Part shown: positions 1-12,400 of the stretch, piece after piece | How the letters are laid out: every line of letters starts with the position of its first letter | How positions within the stretch are numbered: the first letter of the stretch is position 1 | NCBI GenBank assembly: GCA_951406725.2 | Contig: OX597820.1 | Span: forward strand, 13,826,001-13,890,000 | Source: Octopus vulgaris | Lineage: Eukaryota | Length of the DNA: 64,000 bases | Direction of reading: 5' to 3' | The notes under the pieces: model-generated | What the model was told of the DNA's origin: nothing | Seen by the model: the letters and a program-made list of their open reading frames with translations, nothing else | Databases searched by the model: none | Position numbers and translations under genes: made by a program

Positions 1-659
1 TTTTTATTTTTTTTTTTGAGAACTTAAAGCATTCAAAGATCCCATGAGTCCTAAGTAACGCCGGCATAAAGTTTGAACAAAATACATCAAAATTGGTAAA
101 AGTTATGGTTGAAAATGAGGTGTAGCCAATTTTAGTGAGAAATCCTATAAGGAATCGGTTTATCAATTTTCCATCCTGAGTGAATGGAAAACGCCATAAG
201 GAATCAGTTTATTGATTTTTCACCCCAAATAGGACTTAACCGAACACAACATTGCGGATTCAAAAAATCTATATTTATACTTTAAAGTTGGTTTTCACAC
301 CCAACCCAGTTCTGCAGAAACGCATAGGTTGGGAGTTTGACCGGCAGAGGTGATCAGGTTGCATATGCTGGCCCTTTCGAAACCACCACCCCATCATCTA
401 ACCCCCTTGTCCCATGGGTTGGGAGCCCTTCCACCAAGGAAAATAGAATGCCCAAAAGGGCTCCCGGTCCTCTGTGTCAGAAGAGGTTATGTTCGGATCA
501 CAACTAAGCTAAACTAGCGCAAGGGGCTCGGGAGCCTCTGAAAGGCAGCGACTAATCCCGATCTAGACCTAACCCCTCCCAGGGGTACTATCGGTCAAAG
601 CTGCATCGAAGATATGCATTGGAGAAGGTTGTATCGAAGGTTTGCACGCTATTATATAC

Positions 660-692
<33 letters not shown>

Positions 693-765
693 ATATGTCA
701 CATTCTCTACAATACATATGTGTATATATCCATGCATATATGGGTACAGGACATATATATATATA

Positions 766-925
766 CGATGGGCTTCTTTCAGTTTCCGTGTACCAAATCC
801 ACTCACAAGACTTTGGTTAGCCCGAGGCAATAGTAGAAGACACTTGCCAACGGTTACACGCAATGGGACTGAACCCGGTACCATGTGGTTGGTATGCAAG
901 CTACTTACCACACAGCCACTCCTGC
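766..925 (-). mobile_element. tRNA-derived SINE family A (head half)
   Basis: A-box TGGCTGTGTGGTAAG and B-box GGTTCAGTCC on -; roughly 20 related copies in the window. Confidence 0.85.
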
Positions 926-2217
926 GTATGTATATTTCAAAAATTTCACAAAAACATAGCAAACAAAAAATTTGTAGCTAATTTCTCAGCAGTCAATGTC
1001 CAAAAATTCCTTACAATTTCGCGCCTTTAACATTTATATTGTTCACTTTTTGTGGTGCCAGTGGCGAAAAGCCACTGGGAATAACTAACGAAATTACATG
1101 ACAATAACGAAAGCAAACACGACAAAATAAAATAAAACATACATATAAAATAAAATAAAATATACATATGCAACAAAAAGAGCGGTGCAACAGAAAGCCA
1201 GACAGATATGGGAGACGGGCTTCTTTCAGTTTCCGTCAACCAAATTCACTCACAAGGCTTTAGTCGGCCCGAGGCTATAGTAGGATACCCTTACCCAAGG
1301 TGGCATGCAGTGGGACTGAACCAGGAGCCGTGTGGTTGGGAAGCAAGCTACTTACCACACAACTATTCCTGCGCCTATTCATCTAATTTTGGACGGAGTA
1401 TTTCTTCAGATAATCCGGTAAATGCACGCTTTGGTTTCGATCCGACAGTGGGTTAATAATGGGCGAATGTATATATTTGCGTGTGCATGTAATATACATG
1501 TGTGTCTGTGCGCGTGCGTGTGGAAGTCTTGTGAATGGATTTGGTAGACGGAATCTGAAAGAGGCCCCTCATATGCGTGTTTGTGTCTCTGTTCGTCCCC
1601 CAACATCGCTCGACAACCGAAGCTGGTGTGTTTGCGTGCCCGTAACTTAGCGGTTCTGCAAAAGTGACCCATAGAATAAGTACTAGGCTTACAAAAAATA
1701 AGTCCTGGAGTCGATTTGCTCGACTAAAGGCGGTGCTCCAGCATGGGAGAATGAAAGACAAAGTTCAGCTTGACAGGATTTGAACCACGAACGTAAAATA
1801 ATATAACATCAACATTTCAGTAACATAAATACTAAAAAAAAATAATAATAAAATGATGCAGTGAGGTGGTTGTGAGTTCAAATTCCACGAGGATCAACTT
1901 TGGTAATCATCCCTCAGGGCTCAATAAAATAAAGCACCAGTCAAGTACAAAGGTTCCACTCTTCAAAATTGCTGGCCTTGTGTGAGAATTAGAAAGAAGT
2001 GTTACAAACTAAACTAAAATAGCGAGCTGGTTGGATCGGTAGAGCGTTGGACCTGATGGTATTTCTTCAGAGTTCAAATTCAACTGAGGTCAACTTTTCG
2101 GGGTCGATGAAATAAGTACCAGTCGCGCACTAGATGTCGAAGTTATCGACTTCCAACTTCCCTCAAAATTGCTGGCCTCGTCAAAATTTGAAACCGTTTT
2201 GAATAACTAATAACTGG

Positions 2218-2590
2218 GAGCAAGGGTGATTGTGTGGTAAGTGGCTTGCTTCCCAACAGCATGGTTCCAAGTTCAGTCCCACTACATGGCACCTTGGACA
2301 GATGTCTTCTATGATAGCCTCGGGCCGACCAAGGCCTTGTGAGTGGATTTGGTAGACGAAAACTGAACGAATCCTGTCATATATATTATATGTGTGTATG
2401 TATATATTTGTGTATGTGTTTGTCCCCCACCACCACCATCGCTTAACAACCGATGCTAGTGTGTTTACGTCCCCGTAATTTAGCTGTTCGGCAAAAGCAA
2501 CCGATACAATAAGTACTAAGCTTAGGAAAAGATAAGTCCTGAGGGTCTATTTGTTCGAGTAAAGGCGATGCTCCAGCATGACCGCAGTAA
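2218..2590 (+). mobile_element. SINE family A, near full length
   Basis: tRNA-like head, internal TA/TG microsatellite, 3' GCTCCAGCATG tail. Confidence 0.85.
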
Positions 2591-4729
2591 AAGTGCGAAA
2601 GAGTAAAAGAGTAAACCGAATCAGGCAAAGTTAAAAAACTAATAAAGCTTGCGTTTTGGGGATTTGGCTTGCAAGATTCTTTATGTGAGTTCGTGTGTTG
2701 AAGCATATTTTGTTGTGTTTGTGGAGAGCCATTCTCTTTTAGTGCTTTATGATTTAACACACTCACAGGTAAAATTTCCACTCAAAACATAAGAAAAATA
2801 GATAAATAAATAAATGAGTGGAAATTTTACTGGTGAGTGTGTTAAATTATAAGGCACTCAAAGAGAATGACTCTCCCCAGATACAGCAGGATAAAGCTTG
2901 TGTGTTATTAATTACAGCCCGTTACATACTGACTGTAAGTTCGGTCCAGCTTAGCTTTATCCGTTATCCTTCTGGAATTAATAAAATAAAGTAGCGGCCA
3001 AGCGATTTACTGTTGTTATTTTGCACTCGGATTACGAATGGAATTATGGTGTAACTTAAAGAAAGGAAATAATAAGAGCAGAAATGAATATTATGGCATT
3101 CTTTCGATATGAGTACCGTTTACATCACGTCTATTTGTTTACATTTGAAGAAGAAGATCGTCACTTTCCGTAAAAAAATTTTTTATATATGTAGGGTTAG
3201 GGTTAGGGTTTGGGTTAGGGTAAGGGGTGGGGAGAAGGGTTTCTTTTTTCTTCAGAAATGTAAATAAACCCACGTAGGTTTATAATTGGTAGTTATGCTA
3301 CTAGTACCGAATGATCGCCAATATTATATTAAATGATATCAATTTCAATTAGCGCTCGGCATACTTAAAAACGTCCGACGACCGTGAATTTTATTTAAAC
3401 ATAAACGATATGAGAGATCGCTACATGGATCACTTGTATGCTAAAATAGATGTCAAGCCGTCTTACAACTAAATCTGTGGTCTAATTAAGTGCTATGCTT
3501 ATTTCTTTTCATTTGTCTAGCTCGTAAACATCTAGCGTGTTACTAAGTTGAGAACACAGATTTAGTGGTAAGACGGTTTGACATCTATTTTTAGCATATA
3601 AGGGATCCATATAATTTATGTTTAAGAAGGGAAAATTTAAAATGTAAGTTGTAAGGGAGGTAACTCTGTTATTCATATTTAATATTTCATATATTTTTCT
3701 CTTACATTTTGGAAAGAATCGGTTCTTCAGTTTTGATTCTCAATAGGAACGATCGTAAAAACGTTACTATCGTAAGCACGCTGGACAAAATACTTGGCAG
3801 CATTTATCTCTGATAATCATCATGCTCTGAGTTCAAATCCTGTCGAGATCGACTTTACTTTCATATTTACGAAGTCGATAGAATAGGTACCAGTTGACCA
3901 CTGGAATCGATGTAATCCTACCGTTAAAAATTACTGGAATCGCTGCACCAAACATTAGAAAGAATAGCATTCTTTGGTTATTCAATATAATCTCTTGTAT
4001 ATTTAATATAAACTCTTTAATATAATCTCAGCATGGTCAAGGCTGCATGTGGATGACACTTGGTAGAAAAGAATGAAGGGTAGAACTGTCTGTGTCGGAG
4101 TTAGTTTCCTTAAAAAGTAACCGTGAGGAGGTGATTGGTGTATAAGAGGAAGGTAACACAAGAATGGGTCAGAGTAGGTTCTGTAACGGGGTGTGGCAGA
4201 GGAAGATGACCCTAGGAAAGAAAGACAGTGGCCGAAGTTGCAGATAACATATTTATTTCTTCATTACATCTAATTAAAGCCAAACCACGACGGACGAGCG
4301 GGCGTGTATAAAAAAAATAGTCAGAAGGCATACGAAATAACGAGAGTTATATTTTCTTTGTAAAAGGGTAGATTAGTGTTAAACTTACATATTCCTATGA
4401 TACCTGTCGTTGTAGTAGCAGTAACTAAATTGATTAAGTGAGGTGAATGAAACGAAAGTGAGTGGTGGACGGGACAACCGTAACGTTGTGAATTCCATCG
4501 CTGTTTATAAGCCCTAAAATTCACTCTATAATTGCCCACGGGCATATAGCGTAATGGTTAAGAGCGCGGGCTATTAACCCCAAGATTGCGAGTTATAAAT
4601 AATAATAATAATATTAATAATAATAATAATATGCCCTGATGCAGTACCAGGTACTGACTCTCATGGCTTCTGGTCTTAACTTATTGGAAGTGCTATCATG
4701 TACATTGTTTTGTCTTGGTAAACACATGG

Positions 4730-4912
4730 AGCTCAAAAGAGTGCTCAAGGTAGTTGTTGGTGCGATGGTTAATAATTTTGTGGATGTTTTACTCAGTCAG
4801 TTGCCAGATGGCAGAGCTTCGGCCAGCTTTGAGATGTTAAAGTGAACGCGATAGGACGGTACTTGGTAAGGTCAGGGAGTCATACTACAGTAGGCTCCTT
4901 CTTGTGAACTGA
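4730..4912 (-). mobile_element. Old CR1/Jockey-type LINE RT fragment
   Basis: The - strand reads VHKK...DLTKYRPIAFT (YRPISL-like); highly decayed. Confidence 0.4.
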
Positions 4913-4915
4913 CTA

Positions 4916-5142
4916 CGGTAACCCCTCGCCATATCGCGTTTCGCCTATCGCGGTTTCTTATTTAAGCTTGCGTCGATTCTTCTGTGTTGTTGTTTTACAT
5001 TTATAATAAAATAAATATATACAAATTATACAAATAATTCTTTTAAATAATATACAGTAAAGTATTGTTTCTACTTCGCGGATTTTCACCTATTGCGGTG
5101 GGGTTTTGGGACGTAACACCCGCGATAGTCGAGCGTTTACTG
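4916..5142. mobile_element. pogo/Tigger-type MITE
   Basis: TA TSDs and imperfect TIRs CGGTAACCCCTCG..TATCGCG / CGCGATAGTCGAGCGTTTACTG; relative at 8675-8785. Confidence 0.7.
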
Positions 5143-5454
5143 TAAACTATAGCATATTTTCAAAGGTAAGGTTAATATAGCCTTGTAGTGAAAGAGGGAC
5201 ACATTCGTTATTTAGGGTAATGGAAGCGACAAAGTCAGGACTGGTGCTTTTGTTGTATAGAACCATGTCGTGCGTGTGTGCATAAAAGGTAAAAACACTA
5301 CAGTGCCGAGTTGCGTCCCTTTGTATTTCAAGGGAGTTTAGTCATTCGATAAATCTAGATCAGAGGTTCTTAAACATTTTGGGTCACCGTCCCTCTCATG
5401 GCCACATAATACCCTCAGCGCCTCCACCCCTATTTTATATATTTATTCTTTCTT

Positions 5455-5853
5455 TTATTCTTTTACTTGTTTCAGTCATTTTGACTGCGGCCATGCTGGA
5501 GCACCGCCTTTTAGTCGAGCAACTCGACCCCGGGACTCATTCTTTTTGTAAGCCCAGTACTTATTCTATCGGTCTCTTTTTGCCGAACCGCTAAGTGACG
5601 GGGACGTAAACACACCAGCATCGGTTGTCAAGCAATGCTAGGGGAACAAACACAGACACACAAACACACACACATACATATATATATACATATATACGAC
5701 AGGCTTCTTTCAGTTTCCGTCTACCAAATCCACTCACAAGGCATTGGTCGGCCCAGGGCTATAGCAGAAGACACTTGCCCAAGATGCCACGCAGTGGGAC
5801 TGAACCCGGAACCATGTGGTTGGTTAGCAAGCTACTTACCACACAGCCACTCC
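5455..5853 (-). mobile_element. SINE family A, full length
   Basis: Complete head-body-tail match to the copies at 25833, 28498 and 45625. Confidence 0.9.
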
Positions 5854-6202
5854 TTTTATATTTTACTAATTTATATATACTATGAATCATTTGATATTTA
5901 ATATAATATATATTTTGTATACAATACTATGCTTTTATTCATATATTTGTTTCACTCATTTGACTACGGCTATGCTGGAGCACCGCCTTTAGTCGAGCAA
6001 ATCTACCCCAGGACTTATTCTTTGTAACCCTAGTACTTATTCTATCTATTCCCTTTTGCCGAACCACTAAGTTACGGGGCTGTAAACACACCACCATCGG
6101 TTGTCAAGCGATGCTGGGGAGACAAACACAGATACACACACATAATAATAATAATTGTTATTATTATTATAATTATTATTATTATTATAGTTATAATAAA
6201 AA

Positions 6203-6770
6203 TAAGTGCAGAATCTGTGGACAAAACGGTAAAACCATATGGCATATTACCAGCCAATGTACGCCACTAGCTCAGAAGGAATATGAGACGTTACGACAAT
6301 ATAACCAGGCTTGTCCATTGGACACTTTGCTACAAGTATGGACTTGAGAGAATAAAAAATTGGTACGACCACAGACCTGAAGGCATCATCGAAAATGGAA
6401 ATGCAAAGATCGTATGGGATTTTATGATTCAGTGTGACCATGAGATAGAGAATAGGAAGCTGGACATAGTCTTAATTGAGAAAGAAAACAAACGATGCTG
6501 GATCATAGATATAGCATACCCCAGCTGCCAACAAGGTATGCGATAAGGAAGAAAGAAAAGTCGAGAGTTATGACAGGTTAGCTTGGGAAGTCAAGCAATT
6601 GTGGTCGATGAAAAAGGTGGTAGTATTACCAATAATTGTTGGAGCCCTGGGAACAGTGAGCAAAAATCTCAAGAAGTACATGAGACAAATAGGGGCTGCA
6701 ATAAGGGTGGAGCACTTGAGGAAAACAGCACCGCTCGAATACTCCGGAAGGTGCTCGAAAAATAAGAGGT
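6203..6770 (+). mobile_element. 5'-truncated R4/Dong-clade non-LTR retrotransposon (zinc knuckle + restriction-like endonuclease), frameshifted
   Basis: CRICGQNGKTIWHITSQC (CCHC), R.DNI..LVHW, WDFMIQCDHEIENRKLDIV...IIDIAYP and PIIVGALG across three frames. Confidence 0.85.
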
Positions 6771-6794
6771 GTAACCCTAGTTCACTGATAATAT

Positions 6795-6935
6795 CGAAAA
6801 ATACCTTAGGAATGATAACCCAGGTTCAAAATTTCCCCAAGACACCTGATTGAAAGCTGGAGGGTATATTAGCTGAAACGTTGTGTTAACAACAAACAAG
6901 ATGAGGACAAATATCCATCAAATGTAAATAATTTA
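6795..6935 (+). mobile_element. Hammerhead-bearing Penelope-type repeat, decayed core (CTGATTGA)
   Basis: Sequence match to the 23672 and 45047 copies. Confidence 0.65.
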
Positions 6936-6973
6936 AGTTGTATCTTATATTGTAATGAAAATAAAGGGCCAGA

Positions 6974-7382
6974 AGGGCAGCAAACTGTCAGAATCGTTAG
7001 CACACCAGGTGAACTGCTTAGCGATATTTCATCTGCCGTTATGTTCTAAGTTTAAATTCCGCTGAGGTCGACTTTGCCTTTCATCCTTTCGGTGTAGATA
7101 AATTAAGTACCAGTCAAGTATTGGGGCTAAGCTAATTGACTGGCACCCTCCCTCAAAATTTCAGGCTTTGAGCCTTGAGTAGAAAAGAAATGTTAGCACA
7201 CCGGGTGAAATGCTTAGCGGTATTTCATCTGCCATTACGTTCTGAGTTCAAATTCCGCCGAGGTCGACTTTGCCTTTCATCCTTTCGGAGCCGATAAATT
7301 AAGTACCAGTCAAGTACTGAGGTCGATCTAATTGACTGGCCCCTCCCCAAAAATTTCAAGCCTTGTGCCTACAGTAAAAAAA
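6974..7382 (+). mobile_element. Two tandem copies of tRNA-derived SINE family B
   Basis: GAGTTCAAATTCC B-box followed by GAGGTCGACTTTGCCTTTCATCCTTTCGG..TAAGTACCAG, which resembles the MetaSINE core as I recall it. Confidence 0.85.
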
Positions 7383-7693
7383 ATAAATAAATAAAGGGCC
7401 AGTTCAACAGCTTTTTGTTTTCTATCTTTCTTCCATTTTAATTGCTACACACCATCAGAAATCCCTCACCATACCACGCACTCAATACATCACATATTTT
7501 TCTGGTTAATGTATTTATTTTTTTACTTGTTTTCGCCTTTAGTCGGGCAAATCGATCCCAGGACTTATTCTTTGTAAGCCTAGTACTTATTCTATCAGCA
7601 TCTTTTGCCGAACCGCTAAGTTAGGGGACGTAAACACACCAGTATCAGTTGTCAATCGATGTTTGGGGGACAAACACAGACACAAACATATAA

Positions 7694-7694
<1 letters not shown>

Positions 7695-7784
<90 letters not shown>

Positions 7785-7837
7785 CATACATATATATATA
7801 CATATATATATACATACATATATATATACATACTCCA

Positions 7838-7886
<49 letters not shown>
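7695..7886. repeat. (TA)n microsatellite
   Basis: Direct observation; a similar tract lies at 8323-8488. Confidence 0.95.
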
Positions 7887-7887
<1 letters not shown>

Positions 7888-8339
7888 GATTTTTTCAGGA
7901 CAATTCCGTCTACGCTAAATCCACTCACAAGGTTTTTACGGCAATAAAATCCACTTGTAGCTCTTCGGCCAAAAGAGCCACAAGTGGATTTTAACCCGAA
8001 CCATTTAATTCATTAATAGCAAACTACTTACCAAAATCCTATCTAGGATTATATGTTAAATTCATATCATCGACTCCTCAGTATATCGCGGGTTTCTGTA
8101 TTTATATTTTTTAGATTTTAGTTATTTCTGTGGGACCTTTTGGAGTAACACCCGGTGCTAGGTGAACTATAGTGACCACTCTCTTATATTTATTTTGTAA
8201 AAATATTATAATATATTATAAAATATTATAATAATCCAGGTTTCTCGGAGCACTAGGCCACTTGGTGTAGAATGGATATACTATTAAATTAGTATCTAAT
8301 TCTCTCACCCTTATTAATTAATTATATATATATATATAT

Positions 8340-8380
<41 letters not shown>

Positions 8381-8384
8381 CATA

Positions 8385-8651
<267 letters not shown>

Positions 8652-9117
8652 TAGGATTATATGTAAATTCATATCATCGACTCCTCAGTATATCGCGGGT
8701 TTCTGTATTTATATTTTTTTAGATTTTAATTATTTCTGTGGGAGGTTTCGGACCGTAACACCCGCGATAGTCGAGGAATTACTATATACCCTTTCTGCTA
8801 AGTTGTCAGTATAACAAGGACGAAAAATACATGTAGAATCACGTTTGTAAACAACAAACAATAGATTCTTCACAAACACAGCTGTGAACTCAACGCTTAA
8901 ATAAATAATTGTTTGTCAAGAAACTTATTTAATTTTTTTGTGTTTACCTCCTTTCTTAGTTTTCTTCATTTATTCTTCTTTATTGTTTTGTTTTTCTTTG
9001 TGGACATTATTTCATTCCTGTTCTTATTAAACTCCTTCATTTTATTTTATATATCGTATTCGTTTAAAACACCGTTTTCCTTCTCCATTCAAAAGCTAAG
9101 AAATCACTCATCCCAGA

Positions 9118-9496
9118 ATGAAACGTGGAGATATTTCAGAGTTCTCCAAAGAATTATCTAAATTACGAAAATCCAGAAAACAATGGAAATTATTATCAGA
9201 CGAAGAAATCAACCAATGTTTGGCAAATATATCAGAAACATTTAAACAAAAACCTCCTTTGTTTCAGCGCCAACAATATATAAACATCGTCATTTTGATA
9301 ATAAAGCTAACATCTACAGTCTTATTAGGTCTTGGTGTTACTGTCGTATATTTTCCAGACAATCAATTCTCTCAGAAACTTGTTTCAGGAATAGATGCTA
9401 CCTATTCTTGGTGGCTTCTGAATCATGCCTACCTCTGGCAACGATGGATTCGTTATTTAACGCTACCTGTTCAACCTTTACTCGTTCAAATTATCG
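9118..9496 (+). CDS. Membrane protein gene, coding exon 1 ([13 protein letters not shown]...[10 protein letters not shown])
   Basis: Long non-repetitive ORF with a TM helix; G|GTATGT donor, phase 1. Confidence 0.8.
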
Positions 9497-12400
9497 GTAT
9501 GTTGTCTGTCTTCAATGACGATTTTTCTTCTTTTTTAATTCTCCGTTCCATATTCTTAGTTCTTTCTCAGCTTTCTGGCTTGCTTCCGTAGATTCTATTG
9601 ATCCTTGTGGTGTGCGACCAATTGAAGCACTTGCAGTTGCAGTGACATTTCTCTTTCTCTCTTCCTTTCTTTCTTTCTTTTCTTTTTTCTCTCCCTTTGT
9701 TTTTTTCCGCTATTTTTTCTATTCTTTGTCTTTCTTTTGCAAGAGCTTATATTATGGAAGAATCATGACTATTGTTTGGGATTTATATTTCAATGTGGTT
9801 TTCAAGAAGTACTTCCCCGTCCCCGAAACTTTCCCGAAAGTAACTCCTCGCCCTCGTCCTTGGAACTTTCCATGAAGTAATCCCTCTCATCGGAACATTC
9901 CAGGATATAATTTCTCCCCTTCCTCGAGACTTTACAAGAAGTCCTCTCCCGTCCCTGGAACTTTCCAGGATGTAATCCCTCTCATCGGAACATTCCAGGA
10001 TATAATTTCTCCCCTTCCTCGAGACTTTACAAGAAGTCCTCTCCCGTCCCTGGAACTTTCCAGGATGTAATTCCTCACCCTCATCCTCGGAACTTCCGAG
10101 GAGAGGGATTTACTTCCTGGAAAGTTCCAAGTCGGGGAGGAATTACTCCCTGGAGAGTTCTGAGGAGAGAGATTAATTAATTCCTGGAAAGTTCCAAGAA
10201 GGGCGGATTACTTCCTGGAAAGTTCTGAATAGGGGAGGTATACTTCCAGGAAAGTTCCAAGGAAGAGCGGAGGGGGGGCGAAAGTTCCGAGGAGGGGATG
10301 GAAGGGGAGAAATTACTGTATGTATATATGTATGTCTTAACAGTTCTTTCGCATTTTGCATTTGACAACTGTTGCTTTAAGATAATCTTATTGAGCTTTC
10401 TACGTATAGAGAAAGAGGCACAGAAAGAGAGAAACATCATAGCAACTGTTTTGGCAGACTACCATCCTGTACTCACCTCGTTGCCATCGAAAGAGTATGT
10501 GCCGGCTGTCTGAGCAACTTGTTGCTTTTAATGGCAGAAGAAACAGGAAAAAATATTACAAAAATAGTGATTCTCACTTTGAAACTGACAATTTTGAAAA
10601 TCTTTTTAGATTATGGAATGCCCCGCCTTCTCTTGTATCCATGTTTAAAATTTCAGCATGCTCACATGAACAATACTCGAATTATAAGCACACAAACAGA
10701 CAGACAGAACAGAATTTATATATTAGATATATATATATGTATACATAAACTGGTTTCCATGCCAGTGGCACGTAAAAAGCACCATTTGAGCATGATCGTT
10801 ACCTGTGTCACCTTACTGGCACTTGTGCTGGTGGCACGTGAAAAAAACATTCGAGCGAGATCATTGCCAGTACCGCCTGACTGGCCCTCGTGCCAATGGC
10901 ACGTAAAAGCACCCACTACACTCTCGGAGTGGTTGGCGTTAGGAAGGGCATCCAGCTGTAGAAACTATGCCAGATCAAGACTGGAGCCTGGTGCGGCCAT
11001 CTGGTTTGCCACTCCTCAGTCAAATCGTCCAACCCATGCTAGCATGGAAAACAGACGTTAAACGATGATGATGATGATGATACACACACACATAATGTTG
11101 CGTCTGACACTAGATCCGTTGCAATCAGGACTTCCATAGACTAATGATGGCCATATTGACAACAAATACAACAACAGTTACAAAAGTAACACAATATCAT
11201 TTAATGCCCAAATATGGCTATTATTTTGCAGGTCACCATCAATCCAACTGTTTCATCAATAATCCCCTCTCATCTAATCCGTACACTGACAGATGCGATC
11301 TTTGTGAGAACATCACTGATGTTAGACAAGATTCACAAATACAGTTCTTGTCTCCTCTTCTCATCAGAGTATGTAGACATTTTTTTGTTATTTTGCTATT
11401 TTTTTTAGATATTTTATTTGTCTTGTTCCTATTTTGTTTTTGTTTATTATCTTAAAAAGACAACTCTCTTGTGAAAACTGTTTTTGTCGGTGTATAAGAT
11501 ACACTTCTCTTATTTCTAAATGCATCTAAAACGTTATATACGTATGTGCAGCGCTGTTTGCGTGGCAAGTTTTCTACAGCTGGATGCCCTTTCTGCTGCC
11601 AACCCTTACCTGTTTCCAAGTGAGACAATCCTTTCCCTCCTCTCTATTAAAGAAGGCACTAACACTTTCACACACACACACACATATACACATAATTGGA
11701 AATTCTGCCTACCAAAATCAATCAGAATGCTTTGGTTGGCCTGAGGTTGTACCAGAAGACACTTGCCCAAGCTACCACACAGTGGGACTGAACCCAAACC
11801 CATGTGGTTGAGAAGCAAGCTTCCTAACCACACAGCTATATGATAATTCCCTTGTGCCTAATCTGGTAGTGTTACAGAGAGGAGATGAGTGTCATAGGCT
11901 AAGAATTTGGATGAGCACAAGTCCACCTTGTCCAATAATTGTTACTATTAATAAAATATGGGAAACAAGTCAAAGTATTGATGTCTTTTAACCCCTTGAC
12001 ACCGGTATTACCCAAAGCATGCGAGACACTGAACCAGTTTTTTTTATCTAATGAGGCTGTAGTTGATTTTGCAAGCATGAAGTGGATTCGATCCACCATA
12101 GCCAAATTTAAATTAATACTGCAACAGAACTTTTCCCACGGTGGGCCAATGGTTTTTCTCTGACAGCAGTTTTACATTTTCCAGATTGTCTTTAGCTAGG
12201 CCGAAATAATGTCTTCACCACTTGACCCTTTCTAACCTCTTCTACTTCACCAAAAGCTAAAATAGAGATAACAAGACCACCAACTAAATCTATTGTTCTC
12301 AATGATATATCTATCCTTCTGGATCTTTATATAAACAAGCATACCCCAAGCAAAAATCAGTTCATCACAGTCATGACGACTCAACCAAGTTAGTCACAGT

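Noticed and set aside
230-640. GC-richer unique-looking segment at the window start
   Set aside because: No ORF homology, termini or RNA motif could be recognised; probably a TE fragment.
588-981. YIYI/HTHT/poly-H/poly-M/poly-T ORFs here and throughout the ORF track
   Set aside because: They are translations of microsatellites and SINEs, with no splice or homology support.
4541-4596. tRNA gene
   Set aside because: A-box and anticodon-like arm only, truncated in the T-arm; a SINE head fragment.
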